From an uncultured Bacteroidota bacterium (GTDB lineage Bacteria; Bacteroidota; Ignavibacteria; UBA10030; UBA8401), in the NCBI GenBank assembly GCA_963717445.1, contig OY970334.1, positions 3,891,406-3,955,405 on the forward strand: a DNA stretch of 64,000 nucleotides, read 5' to 3'. The position numbers were made by a program, and so were the translations under genes. Numbering within the stretch: position 1 is the first letter of the stretch; every line of letters begins with the position of its first letter. This document shows positions 49,899-58,319 of this stretch, in pieces. The notes beneath the pieces are model-generated. The model searched no databases. It was not told the DNA's origin and saw only the letters and a list, made by a program, of their open reading frames with translations.

Positions 49899-50430
49899 CC
49901 TACTCGGGAGTGTTCTGTGTATTGCACATTTTACACCAGGGGCACTTTGTAGGGCATGCTATCTTGTGACGGGTTATTTTAGGTCGGATGTTCCCCAGCC
50001 CCATTTAGACTCTTTCATTCAGAGCGATCAAATATTGATCAAATCAATTGTACAAAATTGGCCAGAAAGAAACAAAGCTTTTATAACCCCTGAACATCGA
50101 GGACAAATAATAAATAGGCTAGTTGAAGAATACTGATTTTGCCTAAAAAGAGAATCGAGTTTTTGTTTAGGCATTATTACTCTCAATCAACAGTGATTTT
50201 TGATGTCGTTGCTAATGCTGTTTCCAAAAAAATAACTCATTTACCGCAAAGGTCGCTAAGGACGTAAGGATTTCTTCGTATTTTTACAAAAACTTCTTCG
50301 CCGCCTTAGCGTCTCAGCGGTTATAATGCAAGATTTCGAATCGGAATCGGCACTTGGTGATGAAATTTTGTAAACGTGGGTAAAAAATAAACGTTCAAAA
50401 AGGGGACATGATTGTTTAACTTCCCAATCG

Positions 50431-50480
50431 ATTGTGCAAGTCGCAGCCGCTCTCCCCCAGTGGCAGACGACTTGCACAAT
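50431..50480. promoter_or_regulatory. 13-bp perfect inverted repeat in the 880-bp divergent intergenic region
   Basis: ATTGTGCAAGTCG (50431-50443) and CGACTTGCACAAT (50468-50480) with a 24-nt G/C-rich spacer. Confidence 0.4.
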
Positions 50481-50779
50481 TCTTTCGTGACAGCGGTTTC
50501 TCCAGTGGCCCGAGCACCTCTATCTCCCACCGAGGAATGGGCTGTTCGTTGATTGGGTTATTTCATATACACATATATATATCCCGGAGTAGTTAATTTT
50601 GGAGATTATTCTTCAAAAATATTTCACTTATTGTTTCATTTTGTATGAGCGACTTTCGCTTAGGTTTGGTCAAAACCAGGCAAAAAAGTATTTTTTAATG
50701 ATAAAAGTGTTGCATAGAGGCATCCATCTTACTTATATTTTAGGCAAGGAGAAATGCCCACTAAGAGTTCTTCCACACA

Positions 50780-51187
50780 ATGACCGAACTTCTTTTCACA
50801 ACGAGAGATGTTGCCGACATGCTTCAAGTCGATAAATCGACAATCAAGCGGTGGACCGATGAGGGGAAACTGAAATGCTTTCGCACGCCCGGGGGACACA
50901 GAAAATTCCGTGCAGAGGACCTGTCCCAGTTTATGGCCGATTACAACTATAACATCTCTGCCGCGAATTTTTTACCGGTCGCTGCGAGCGACGAGGCTAT
51001 CTTGCGTGGAATGATTGTCCAGAAAGAGTTCAATGTTTTGGATTCTGTCTGCTTCTCTACGGCAATCAAAGGGAACAAGAATGATCTGCTTAAATTGTTT
51101 TCGGAAGCATACAAAAACGGAATGAGCCTGCCGTTGATGTTTGACAAAATCCTGCGTCCTACAGGTACAAAAGATATCTACTCTTAA
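50780..51187 (+). CDS. HTH (excisionase/MerR-like HTH_17) DNA-binding protein, N-terminal part of a CarH/LitR-like regulator
   Basis: TTRDVADMLQVDKSTIKRWTDEGKLKCFRTPGGHRKFRAEDLSQFM HTH, followed by a helical region. The ORF ends at 51187 and overlaps the next ORF in another frame. Confidence 0.7.
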   Translation: MTELLFTTRDVADMLQVDKSTIKRWTDEGKLKCFRTPGGHRKFRAEDLSQFMADYNYNISAANFLPVAASDEAILRGMIVQKEFNVLDSVCFSTAIKGNKNDLLKLFSEAYKNGMSLPLMFDKILRPTGTKDIYS

Positions 51188-51692
51188 CACCTCCGGTAAA
51201 TTGCTTTTATCCGAGAAGCAGTTGGCATTGAATTCGCTTTCCAATGCTATCGTTCTTCTCTCTGATATTATCGTTAAGCCCGCTCTCAACGGTAAAATTG
51301 TAATTTGCGCTATGGTTGAAAACGATTCCGACGATCTTGAATTGAAAGCGTTGGCGGTGCTGCTGGAAAGCGGGGGTTTTGAAGTGTTAAATCTCGGGGT
51401 TGGGACTTCGGCCGACTCGATTGCTCAACTTGTGAAAAACAAACAGCCGCATTTTGTTTTCCTGATGGCTTCAAATGTTCACGATGAGGAGCTTTTGGAG
51501 GATGAACACGAGAAAATCCAGAGTGAGTTGCAATCGTACGGCGGTAAGTTAATCGTTAGCGGTCCGGCGTATACTCAAGAACTTCTCACCGGCAGACTTG
51601 CCGGTTTATTCTATAAATTCTGTCCGACTTTTAAAGAGCTTACCATGGTGCAATATGAAAGAATTGAGTTGAAGAAAAAAGAAAAAGAATAG
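51141..51692 (+). CDS. B12-binding-like (Rossmann) domain protein lacking the canonical DxHxxG His; possibly fused to the upstream HTH gene (split or frameshifted)
   Basis: GKIVICAMVENDSDDLELKALAVLLESGGFEVLNLGVGTSADSIAQLVKNKQPHFVFLMASNVH matches the cobalamin-binding domain layout, but ENDSDD replaces GDxHDIG. A TGA in this frame at 51135-51137 limits upstream extension. The start codon is uncertain. Confidence 0.55.
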   Translation: MTKSCVLQVQKISTLNTSGKLLLSEKQLALNSLSNAIVLLSDIIVKPALNGKIVICAMVENDSDDLELKALAVLLESGGFEVLNLGVGTSADSIAQLVKNKQPHFVFLMASNVHDEELLEDEHEKIQSELQSYGGKLIVSGPAYTQELLTGRLAGLFYKFCPTFKELTMVQYERIELKKKEKE

Positions 51693-52255
51693 AAAGGAAT
51701 GAATAATTAAGAATGAAGAATTAATAATTAAGAATTAAGAATTGAAAAAATATCAACTTATTATGTAAGATGTATCTTTGTTTAACTTATAGTAAATGAT
51801 TGAGAAGAAGGAAACTATAATTGCAAATACCAGTTTACGTCTACACACTTTTGGAACAGATTATAAAAAATGCCCTCCTTGCTTGAGCGTACGTACCCTT
51901 TCCATTTCAATAAAGAGACAAAATACCGGCCCGGACAAATTGAGTGAATTCTTGCTCTTGGCTACAACTGCTATACGAAAAACAGTAGGTGTGAACGATT
52001 GTTTTCATCATCAAAGCAATGGCAATGGAGCGCCGGATGATTTTCTCTCCCTTTTTATTGACAGGAGAGCGATTTTTTATTATTTTCATCTTTATTATTT
52101 TTAAAAACAAAGTCACATTCCGATGGAACAAAACAGCGAGAGTGTTCGTCCAATTGGATTGAGGGAGAATTATTACGGTTTGTTGTAAAGTACATTTTTT
52201 TACCTCGTGCAATGCCACTTCAATTGTCTCCGAAATATAATTTAATGAGTGTACT

Positions 52256-53203
52256 ATGTCTATTACCGTTCGTAATCTAACCAAGTTGTACGGTGAAGAG
52301 AAAGCGATCGATGACATTTCGTTTGACGTAAAGACGGGAGAAATTCTCGGCTTCCTCGGACCTAATGGTGCCGGCAAAACGACGACGATGAAAATCATAA
52401 CCTGCTACATGCCCCCGAGTGCCGGGAGTGTGACAGTTGATGACTATGACATCGGCGACCATTCGCTTGAGGTGCGGCGCAAGATCGGTTATTTGCCCGA
52501 ATTGAACCCGCTTTATCTAGATATGAATGTTCTGGAATATCTCGAATACTCCGCTCAACTTCATAAAATGCAAAAACTTCAGATCCGCCAGCGAATGCGG
52601 GAAATGATCGAGGTGTGCGGATTATCCGGAGTTCGGCATAAAGACATCGGCGAGCTGTCGAAAGGATACCGCCAGCGAGTAGGGCTGGCACAGGCGATGA
52701 TTCACGACCCCGACGTGCTCATTTTAGACGAGCCGACGAGCGGGCTTGACCCGAACCAAATTGTCGAGATTCGGAATCTCATCCGCAAACTCGGCAGCGC
52801 AAAGACGGTGATTCTTTCCACGCATATTCTTTCCGAAGTACAGGCAACGTGCGACCGGGTTATTATCATCAACGAGGGAAAAATTGCCGCGGATGGAACC
52901 CCCGATCAACTCCAGCATGAATTCCGCGGCTCCGATATCATCTCCATCGAGCTGAAAGCAAACGTTGAAAACGGCATGACCGAAATTTTTCCGAAAATTA
53001 AATCGCTCGCGAATGTGGAAAACGTTCAGTATCAGAACCCTTCACCGGGGATACACCGGTTGGTCATTACGGCGGGGAAGGGGTCCGATATTCGCGAGGA
53101 CCTTTTCCGCCAGGCAGTGAGCGAACAATGGGTGTTGCTTGAAATCCACCGTGAAGCAACAAGCCTTGAAGAAGTGTTCCATAAGCTCACGACTGTGAAT
53201 TAA
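52256..53203 (+). CDS. ABC transporter ATP-binding protein (GldA-like)
   Basis: Walker A GPNGAGKTT, LSKGYRQRVGLAQAM signature, Walker B LILDEPTSGLD. Confidence 0.9.
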   Translation: MSITVRNLTKLYGEEKAIDDISFDVKTGEILGFLGPNGAGKTTTMKIITCYMPPSAGSVTVDDYDIGDHSLEVRRKIGYLPELNPLYLDMNVLEYLEYSAQLHKMQKLQIRQRMREMIEVCGLSGVRHKDIGELSKGYRQRVGLAQAMIHDPDVLILDEPTSGLDPNQIVEIRNLIRKLGSAKTVILSTHILSEVQATCDRVIIINEGKIAADGTPDQLQHEFRGSDIISIELKANVENGMTEIFPKIKSLANVENVQYQNPSPGIHRLVITAGKGSDIREDLFRQAVSEQWVLLEIHREATSLEEVFHKLTTVN

Positions 53204-53231
53204 TCGTGCTATTCATTGACGGGATTTGTGT

Positions 53232-53843
53232 ATGGGTTCAGAAATGAGCTGCTCGATGAAATATGGCGGGAAGGTATTCAAAGGGAAAGCCCTGCTTGAG
53301 ACCGACGAGCTGATCTTTCGCGGCGAACAACGGCTGACGATTCCGTTCAAGAAAATGAAGTCTGTTGAAGCCAACGATGGAGAACTGACGATTGTCTTCG
53401 ATGGCGGCACAGCTTCATTTGTGATCGATACAGCAGCCGAGAAATGGGAAGAAAAAATTTTACATCCAAAAAGTATTCTGGAAAAAATTGGCGTAAAGCA
53501 CGATTCGCGGGTGAGCGTTGACGGTGTGACGGACAAGGAGTTCCTGGATCAATTGAGAGAGAAAACAGATGATGTCTCAGTCACGGAGCTGCAAAGAGAG
53601 TCCGATATCATTTTGTATGCGGCGGACAGCAAAAAAGAGCTTGTCAAGCTAAAGGGAATTAAACAATTTCTCAAAAAGAATGGGGCCATTTGGATCGTCT
53701 CGTCGAAAGGAAAGCAGGCAAAGATAAAAGACACCGACGTTATGGCAGCGGGAAAAAAGGCGGGCCTTGTCGATACAAAAGTCGTTGGATTTTCCGAGAC
53801 ACATACGGCATTGAAGTTTGTGATACCGGTAAACAGTAGGTAG
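53232..53843 (+). CDS. hypothetical protein
   Basis: ORF between the ABC ATPase and permease genes. No recognised motif. Start uncertain (ATG at 53232, 53244 or 53256). Confidence 0.4.
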   Translation: MGSEMSCSMKYGGKVFKGKALLETDELIFRGEQRLTIPFKKMKSVEANDGELTIVFDGGTASFVIDTAAEKWEEKILHPKSILEKIGVKHDSRVSVDGVTDKEFLDQLREKTDDVSVTELQRESDIILYAADSKKELVKLKGIKQFLKKNGAIWIVSSKGKQAKIKDTDVMAAGKKAGLVDTKVVGFSETHTALKFVIPVNSR

Positions 53844-53935
53844 TAAGCAGTAAGCAGTAAACAGTAAACAGTCATAACGCACCGATACCTAATAGTCAAC
53901 ACCTAAAACCTTTCATTTACAATCTACAACGAACC

Positions 53936-54676
53936 ATGCATTTCGATTTCACAAAATTTTTCAGCGGATATTCGAACGTCGGACCGATTTTTCGGAAAGA
54001 ATTGCGCTCGTATTTTAATTCCGCGGTAGCGTACGTTGTTATCGTCGTTTTCCTCGCCATCGTCGGATGGTTTTTTACCAGCAATCTTTTTTTAATGAAC
54101 GTCGCGTCGATGAGGATGATGTTCGAAGTCGTCCCCGCCGTATTCCTTTTCATTATCCCCGCAATTACGATGAGATTGTTGTCCGAAGAGAAAAAAACCG
54201 GGACGATAGAGCTGCTGACAACGAAACCAATTTCCGATTCCGAGATTGTCCTCGGCAAATTTTTTGCGGCGTGGACTTTGGTCGGAATTGCGATGCTGCC
54301 GACGCTTCTCTATTACATCACGATTGCGTTCCTCGGAAACATCGATAACGGCCCGGTCATCGGGGGGTATTTCGGGTTGATGCTCATGGCGGGGGTGTAC
54401 GTCGCAATCGGTTTATTCGCCTCGAGTTTAACGGACAATCAGGTTGTCGCTTTCATCCTCGGGTTCGTTTTTGTTTTTGCGCTTTATATGCTGGACAAAA
54501 TATTGTTTTATGTGCCGGAATGGATGACGACAACGGTCGAATTTCTCGGTGTTGATTTTCATCTTTCAAACATCGCGCGTGGAGTGATCGACACAAGGGA
54601 TGTTATTTATTTCCTCTCGATGCTGGGGTTCACGCTTTTGCTATCAGTCGGTTCGCTACAGAGAAGAAAATGGTAA
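53936..54676 (+). CDS. ABC-2 type transporter permease (GldF-like)
   Basis: Six predicted TM segments. Follows the ATPase. Confidence 0.8.
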   Translation: MHFDFTKFFSGYSNVGPIFRKELRSYFNSAVAYVVIVVFLAIVGWFFTSNLFLMNVASMRMMFEVVPAVFLFIIPAITMRLLSEEKKTGTIELLTTKPISDSEIVLGKFFAAWTLVGIAMLPTLLYYITIAFLGNIDNGPVIGGYFGLMLMAGVYVAIGLFASSLTDNQVVAFILGFVFVFALYMLDKILFYVPEWMTTTVEFLGVDFHLSNIARGVIDTRDVIYFLSMLGFTLLLSVGSLQRRKW

Positions 54677-54709
54677 ACAGAATTAGCATTTTTACATTGA
54701 AACGGTAAA

Positions 54710-56281
54710 ATGACGACGATGAACACAAAAAGAAATCAAGCAATCATACGGGCGTTACTGGTGCTCGGCATTCTCATCGTTGTGAACGTTATCTCGGTCC
54801 GCATTTTCGACCGGCTTGACCTCACAAAGCAGAAAGTGTACACGCTTTCAGATGCAAGTAAAAAGCTCGTGCGTTCCCTCGATGACAGAGTGACCGTCCG
54901 CGCATATTTTACCGAGGACCTTCCGTCGCCGTACAACGATAACCGGCGCGAAGTCCTGGACCTCTTAAACGAGTACAAAGCGTACGCCGGCGGCAATCTG
55001 CAATACGAATTCATCAATCCCGAAGGAGATAAGGGAGAACAAGAGGCGCAACAGCAGGGAATTCCTCCCGTGAACGTACAGGTTGTGAAGGAAGATAAGT
55101 TCGAAGTAAAGCGAGCGTACCTCGGCCTTGTGATGATGTACGAGGACAAAAAAGAAACGCTGCCGGTGATCCAAAACCTCGGGTCGCTTGAATACGACAT
55201 CAGCAGCGCATTGAAACGATTGACCACGCGCCAGAAGAAACGCATTGGTTATACGCTTGGGCACGATGAAACGGATTTGTCGACGATGAAGGAGGCGTAT
55301 CAGACGCTCTCATCACAGTATGAACTTACGCCGGTGAACTTGACTGGAAACGGAAGTGTTCCCGCCGACCTTGCGGCATTGCTCGTGATAGCGCCTCAGA
55401 AAAAATTCAACGACTCCTCAAAATTTCAGATTGACCAATATTTAATGCGGGGTGGAAAAATAGCGTTCTTGTTGAATAAAGAAAATGCAAGCCTCCAGGC
55501 GCAGTATGCTCAGCCGTTAGACCTTAACCTGGACGATCTCCTTGCCCAATACGGCACGCGTGTCAACAACGATCTCGTTCGAGATGCGCAGTGTGCAAGC
55601 GTCAATGTTGTTCAGCAGCAAATGGGTTTTACGATGCAGAGCCAGGTTCCTTTTCCGTATATGCCGATGGCATCGGGCTTCAACAAAGATAACATGATCG
55701 TCAAGGATTTGCAGAACGTGATCTTCTATTTTGTAAGTTCCATCGATACCAGTTTTGCATCTGCGAAAGGATTGAGGGAGCAAGTGCTGGTGAGTTCATC
55801 AAAACGGAGCGGGCGGCAAACCGGCTTCATCGCGATCGATGCGTTCCACCGCTATACCCCCGATGAGCTTGCAGAATCGAATATTCCGCTGGCCGTGGTC
55901 GTGGAAGGATCATTCAAAAGTTTGTACGCGAACAGGCCGATGCCGGGGCTTATGACATCATCCTCGCCCATGGTGTCGAGCCCTGAAACACGGATCATCG
56001 TTGTTGGAGACGGTGATTTTATGAAAGACGATTTTTCGCGGAACCCCGGCAATCTTACGTTCTTCGTTAATATGGTCGACTATCTTGCGGATGACGCGGG
56101 ATTAATAACCATACGGTCGAAGAACGTTGCGATGCCTCCGCTTGACCAGATCTCGGACGGCACAAAAAATCTTCTCAAGTACGGCGATCTTCTATTACCG
56201 CCCTTTGCTGTTATCGGTTATGGCCTGATTCGATGGCGAACGCGGCTTGCACGGAAAAGAGCAATGGAAGCTTCACTATAA
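54710..56281 (+). CDS. GldG-like ABC-transporter auxiliary protein
   Basis: N-terminal TM, large extracytoplasmic domain, C-terminal TM (LLLPPFAVIGYGLI). Size and position are typical of GldG family. Confidence 0.65.
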   Translation: MTTMNTKRNQAIIRALLVLGILIVVNVISVRIFDRLDLTKQKVYTLSDASKKLVRSLDDRVTVRAYFTEDLPSPYNDNRREVLDLLNEYKAYAGGNLQYEFINPEGDKGEQEAQQQGIPPVNVQVVKEDKFEVKRAYLGLVMMYEDKKETLPVIQNLGSLEYDISSALKRLTTRQKKRIGYTLGHDETDLSTMKEAYQTLSSQYELTPVNLTGNGSVPADLAALLVIAPQKKFNDSSKFQIDQYLMRGGKIAFLLNKENASLQAQYAQPLDLNLDDLLAQYGTRVNNDLVRDAQCASVNVVQQQMGFTMQSQVPFPYMPMASGFNKDNMIVKDLQNVIFYFVSSIDTSFASAKGLREQVLVSSSKRSGRQTGFIAIDAFHRYTPDELAESNIPLAVVVEGSFKSLYANRPMPGLMTSSSPMVSSPETRIIVVGDGDFMKDDFSRNPGNLTFFVNMVDYLADDAGLITIRSKNVAMPPLDQISDGTKNLLKYGDLLLPPFAVIGYGLIRWRTRLARKRAMEASL

Positions 56282-56298
56282 CATTTCTGAACATCGGT

Positions 56299-57180
56299 AT
56301 GAAAAAAAATATTTACGTGCTTCTCGGAATTTTTGCAGTCCTCATTGTGGTCGCATTGTGGTTGATGAACCGGCCGGGGGAGCAGGACATTTCTACCGGC
56401 AACGCCCGGCTTCTTGTGACTTTCGACTCGGCCGCTGTCGACAAAATCGAAATCAAATCGCCGATAAACAGTGTCACGTTGGAAAAAAATGGGGCGGAGT
56501 GGTTTCTTAGCGAACGTGTTGCGTATCGCGCAAATCAATCCAGCGTAACATCGATGGTTCATCAATCGAAAAATCTTGCAGTGAAAGAAATTGTTTCAAG
56601 CAACCCGGAGAAACGTTCTATATTCCAGGTTGATTCGACGGGCACACTCGTCAAAATATTCCAACATGGCCAAGAATGTGCCGCGTTTGTGGTCGGAAAA
56701 CTGGGGCAGAGTTATTCCGAAACATACGTTCGTAATGACCAATCCAACGATGTTGTCGTTGTGGACGGACCTCTCTCATTCTCGTTCAACAAAGCGGCGA
56801 AAGATTGGCGGGACAAAACTGTTTTGAACATTCCTAAAGAAACCATTACGTCAATTTCGTATCAGTATCCCGGGGAATCATTTTCTCTTTCGTTCCATGA
56901 CAGCGTTTGGATGATTGGGGATGCCAAGCCGAAAGCCAGCGATGTGACATCGCTCCTTGGTGCGATATCGAACATCCAGGCGGACGATTTTGTCGATTCG
57001 GTTCTCACACCGGCTCCGAAAATCACAGCGACAATTTCCGTAGGGGATGTTCAACTTCGATTCTCTGAAGTTAAAGGCAAGGACGAATATTTTGTACAAA
57101 CATCCAGCTCTCCGCAATGGTTTGAACTGCAGGGTTGGCGGGCCAAACAGTTGCTAAAACACAAGAAAGACATGCTGTAA
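56299..57180 (+). CDS. DUF4340-like protein partnered with GldG-like gene
   Basis: N-terminal TM (MKKNIYVLLGIFAVLIVVALW) starting at the internal ATG 56299. Conserved partner position after gldG-like. Confidence 0.55.
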   Translation: MKKNIYVLLGIFAVLIVVALWLMNRPGEQDISTGNARLLVTFDSAAVDKIEIKSPINSVTLEKNGAEWFLSERVAYRANQSSVTSMVHQSKNLAVKEIVSSNPEKRSIFQVDSTGTLVKIFQHGQECAAFVVGKLGQSYSETYVRNDQSNDVVVVDGPLSFSFNKAAKDWRDKTVLNIPKETITSISYQYPGESFSLSFHDSVWMIGDAKPKASDVTSLLGAISNIQADDFVDSVLTPAPKITATISVGDVQLRFSEVKGKDEYFVQTSSSPQWFELQGWRAKQLLKHKKDML

Positions 57181-57206
57181 TTGAGATAACGTCCACACGT
57201 GTAGAA

Positions 57207-57246
57207 AAGCGCTCTGATTTACAAATGTAGTCAGAGCGTTTTTTTA
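57207..57246 (+). terminator. rho-independent terminator
   Basis: CGCTCTGA-N13-TCAGAGCG followed by TTTTTTT. Confidence 0.8.
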
Positions 57247-57404
57247 GAACTGATAAATCAGGCCTTTACTTTTTCAATATTTGAGAAAAAGAATAACGAA
57301 TGTTCTGTTATATGAGTTTACCGCGGCATTTTTATGGAATGAAGCTTGCGTACGATATAAACGAGGATTTCTCTATCTATTGGAAGGATGGATCCTGTTG
57401 ATCG

Positions 57405-57419
57405 TTGAATAATATTCAA
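57405..57419. promoter_or_regulatory. Fur-family (PerR/Fur-type) 7-1-7 box upstream of rubrerythrin
   Basis: TTGAATA-A-TATTCAA is a perfect 7-1-7 palindrome (flanked CG…CG), about 105 bp upstream of the rubrerythrin start. Confidence 0.55.
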
Positions 57420-57525
57420 CGCATGTTTCTTCTCAAATTGTCTTTTTGAAAGCAGGCCTCCCGGGCATGCTCCTTCTGACTCACTAGAGAATCATCAGAA
57501 GCTCTTCATCAAAGGAGGGTTCAAA

Positions 57526-58197
57526 ATGAACTCAAGCACATTATCCCACCCTAAAAAATTCCTCGACTTCTTCCCCAAACTTTCCACGCTGGTTTTGATA
57601 AGTTGTCTTATTCCTTTTTCTTTTTTTACAGGGTGTAAAAAAAATGAAGCGAAGGAATCTAAGCCGGAAATTACTCTTCAAAATTTGCAGACCGCATACA
57701 ATCGGGAAATGAGGATCAGCAGAGAATGCGAACTTTTTTCGAAGAATGCAGACAAGAACCGGTATAGTGCAATTGCCAATTTATACAGGGCTGTGTCGCG
57801 TTCTGAAGAAATTCATGCGGAAATGGCCGCTGCGCTGCTGCGAAGCAAAGGTGTCGATGTTACTCCGTATGTGGCGGATCCCATCGCCATCGGCACCGTC
57901 ATGCAAACACTTCGTCTAGCGCTCAGCGAAGAGTCGCTGGAGACCGAATCGATGTATCCTAATTTAGCGCGCACGGCTAACGCCGAGAAATTTGTAGCGG
58001 CGGTGGAATCATTCGGGCACTCTCTCAATGCGGATAAATGGAATGCGGAGCTATTCAAGGATGCCGTAGATAAAAGTGGATACATCACAAGAGTGCAATA
58101 TTTCGTTTGTCCATGCTGTGGATACATTGTTACATCCGATACGGCTAAAGAATGTCCGGAGTGCCACGAGAAAAGAGAGAAGTTCGAAAAAATTTAA
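57526..58197 (+). CDS. rubrerythrin-family lipoprotein (ferritin-like domain + C-terminal rubredoxin-like CxxC…CxxC)
   Basis: Lipoprotein signal (…FFTGCKK), ferritin-like helices, C-terminal CPCCGYIV…CPECH. Confidence 0.75.
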   Translation: MNSSTLSHPKKFLDFFPKLSTLVLISCLIPFSFFTGCKKNEAKESKPEITLQNLQTAYNREMRISRECELFSKNADKNRYSAIANLYRAVSRSEEIHAEMAAALLRSKGVDVTPYVADPIAIGTVMQTLRLALSEESLETESMYPNLARTANAEKFVAAVESFGHSLNADKWNAELFKDAVDKSGYITRVQYFVCPCCGYIVTSDTAKECPECHEKREKFEKI

Positions 58198-58319
58198 GAC
58201 GGGAAGGAGAAGTCATTTTTCGGCCGACAAGAGGGGTTTGCAATTTCTATTCAACAACTGAACATCATCCTCAAAAAGGTAAAACCTCACACCTTTTCTT
58301 CCACTGAAAGCGCATTTCT

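Noticed and set aside
49774-50136. 120-aa plus-strand ORF overlapping the start of the TPR-CHAT gene
   Set aside because: It overlaps the signal-peptide-encoding 5' end of a strongly supported gene on the opposite strand and has no motif.
50500-50520. Possible direct repeat of the tRNA 3' end (CTCCAGTGGCCCGAGC versus tRNA CCTCCAGGGCCCA) as an island att site
   Set aside because: Only about 12 of 14 positions match and an indel is needed. This is too weak to call an attachment site without comparative data.
51796-52104. 102-aa ORF in the AT-rich region upstream of the gldA-like gene
   Set aside because: Low-complexity, AT-driven ORF with no RBS or motif. More likely promoter DNA.
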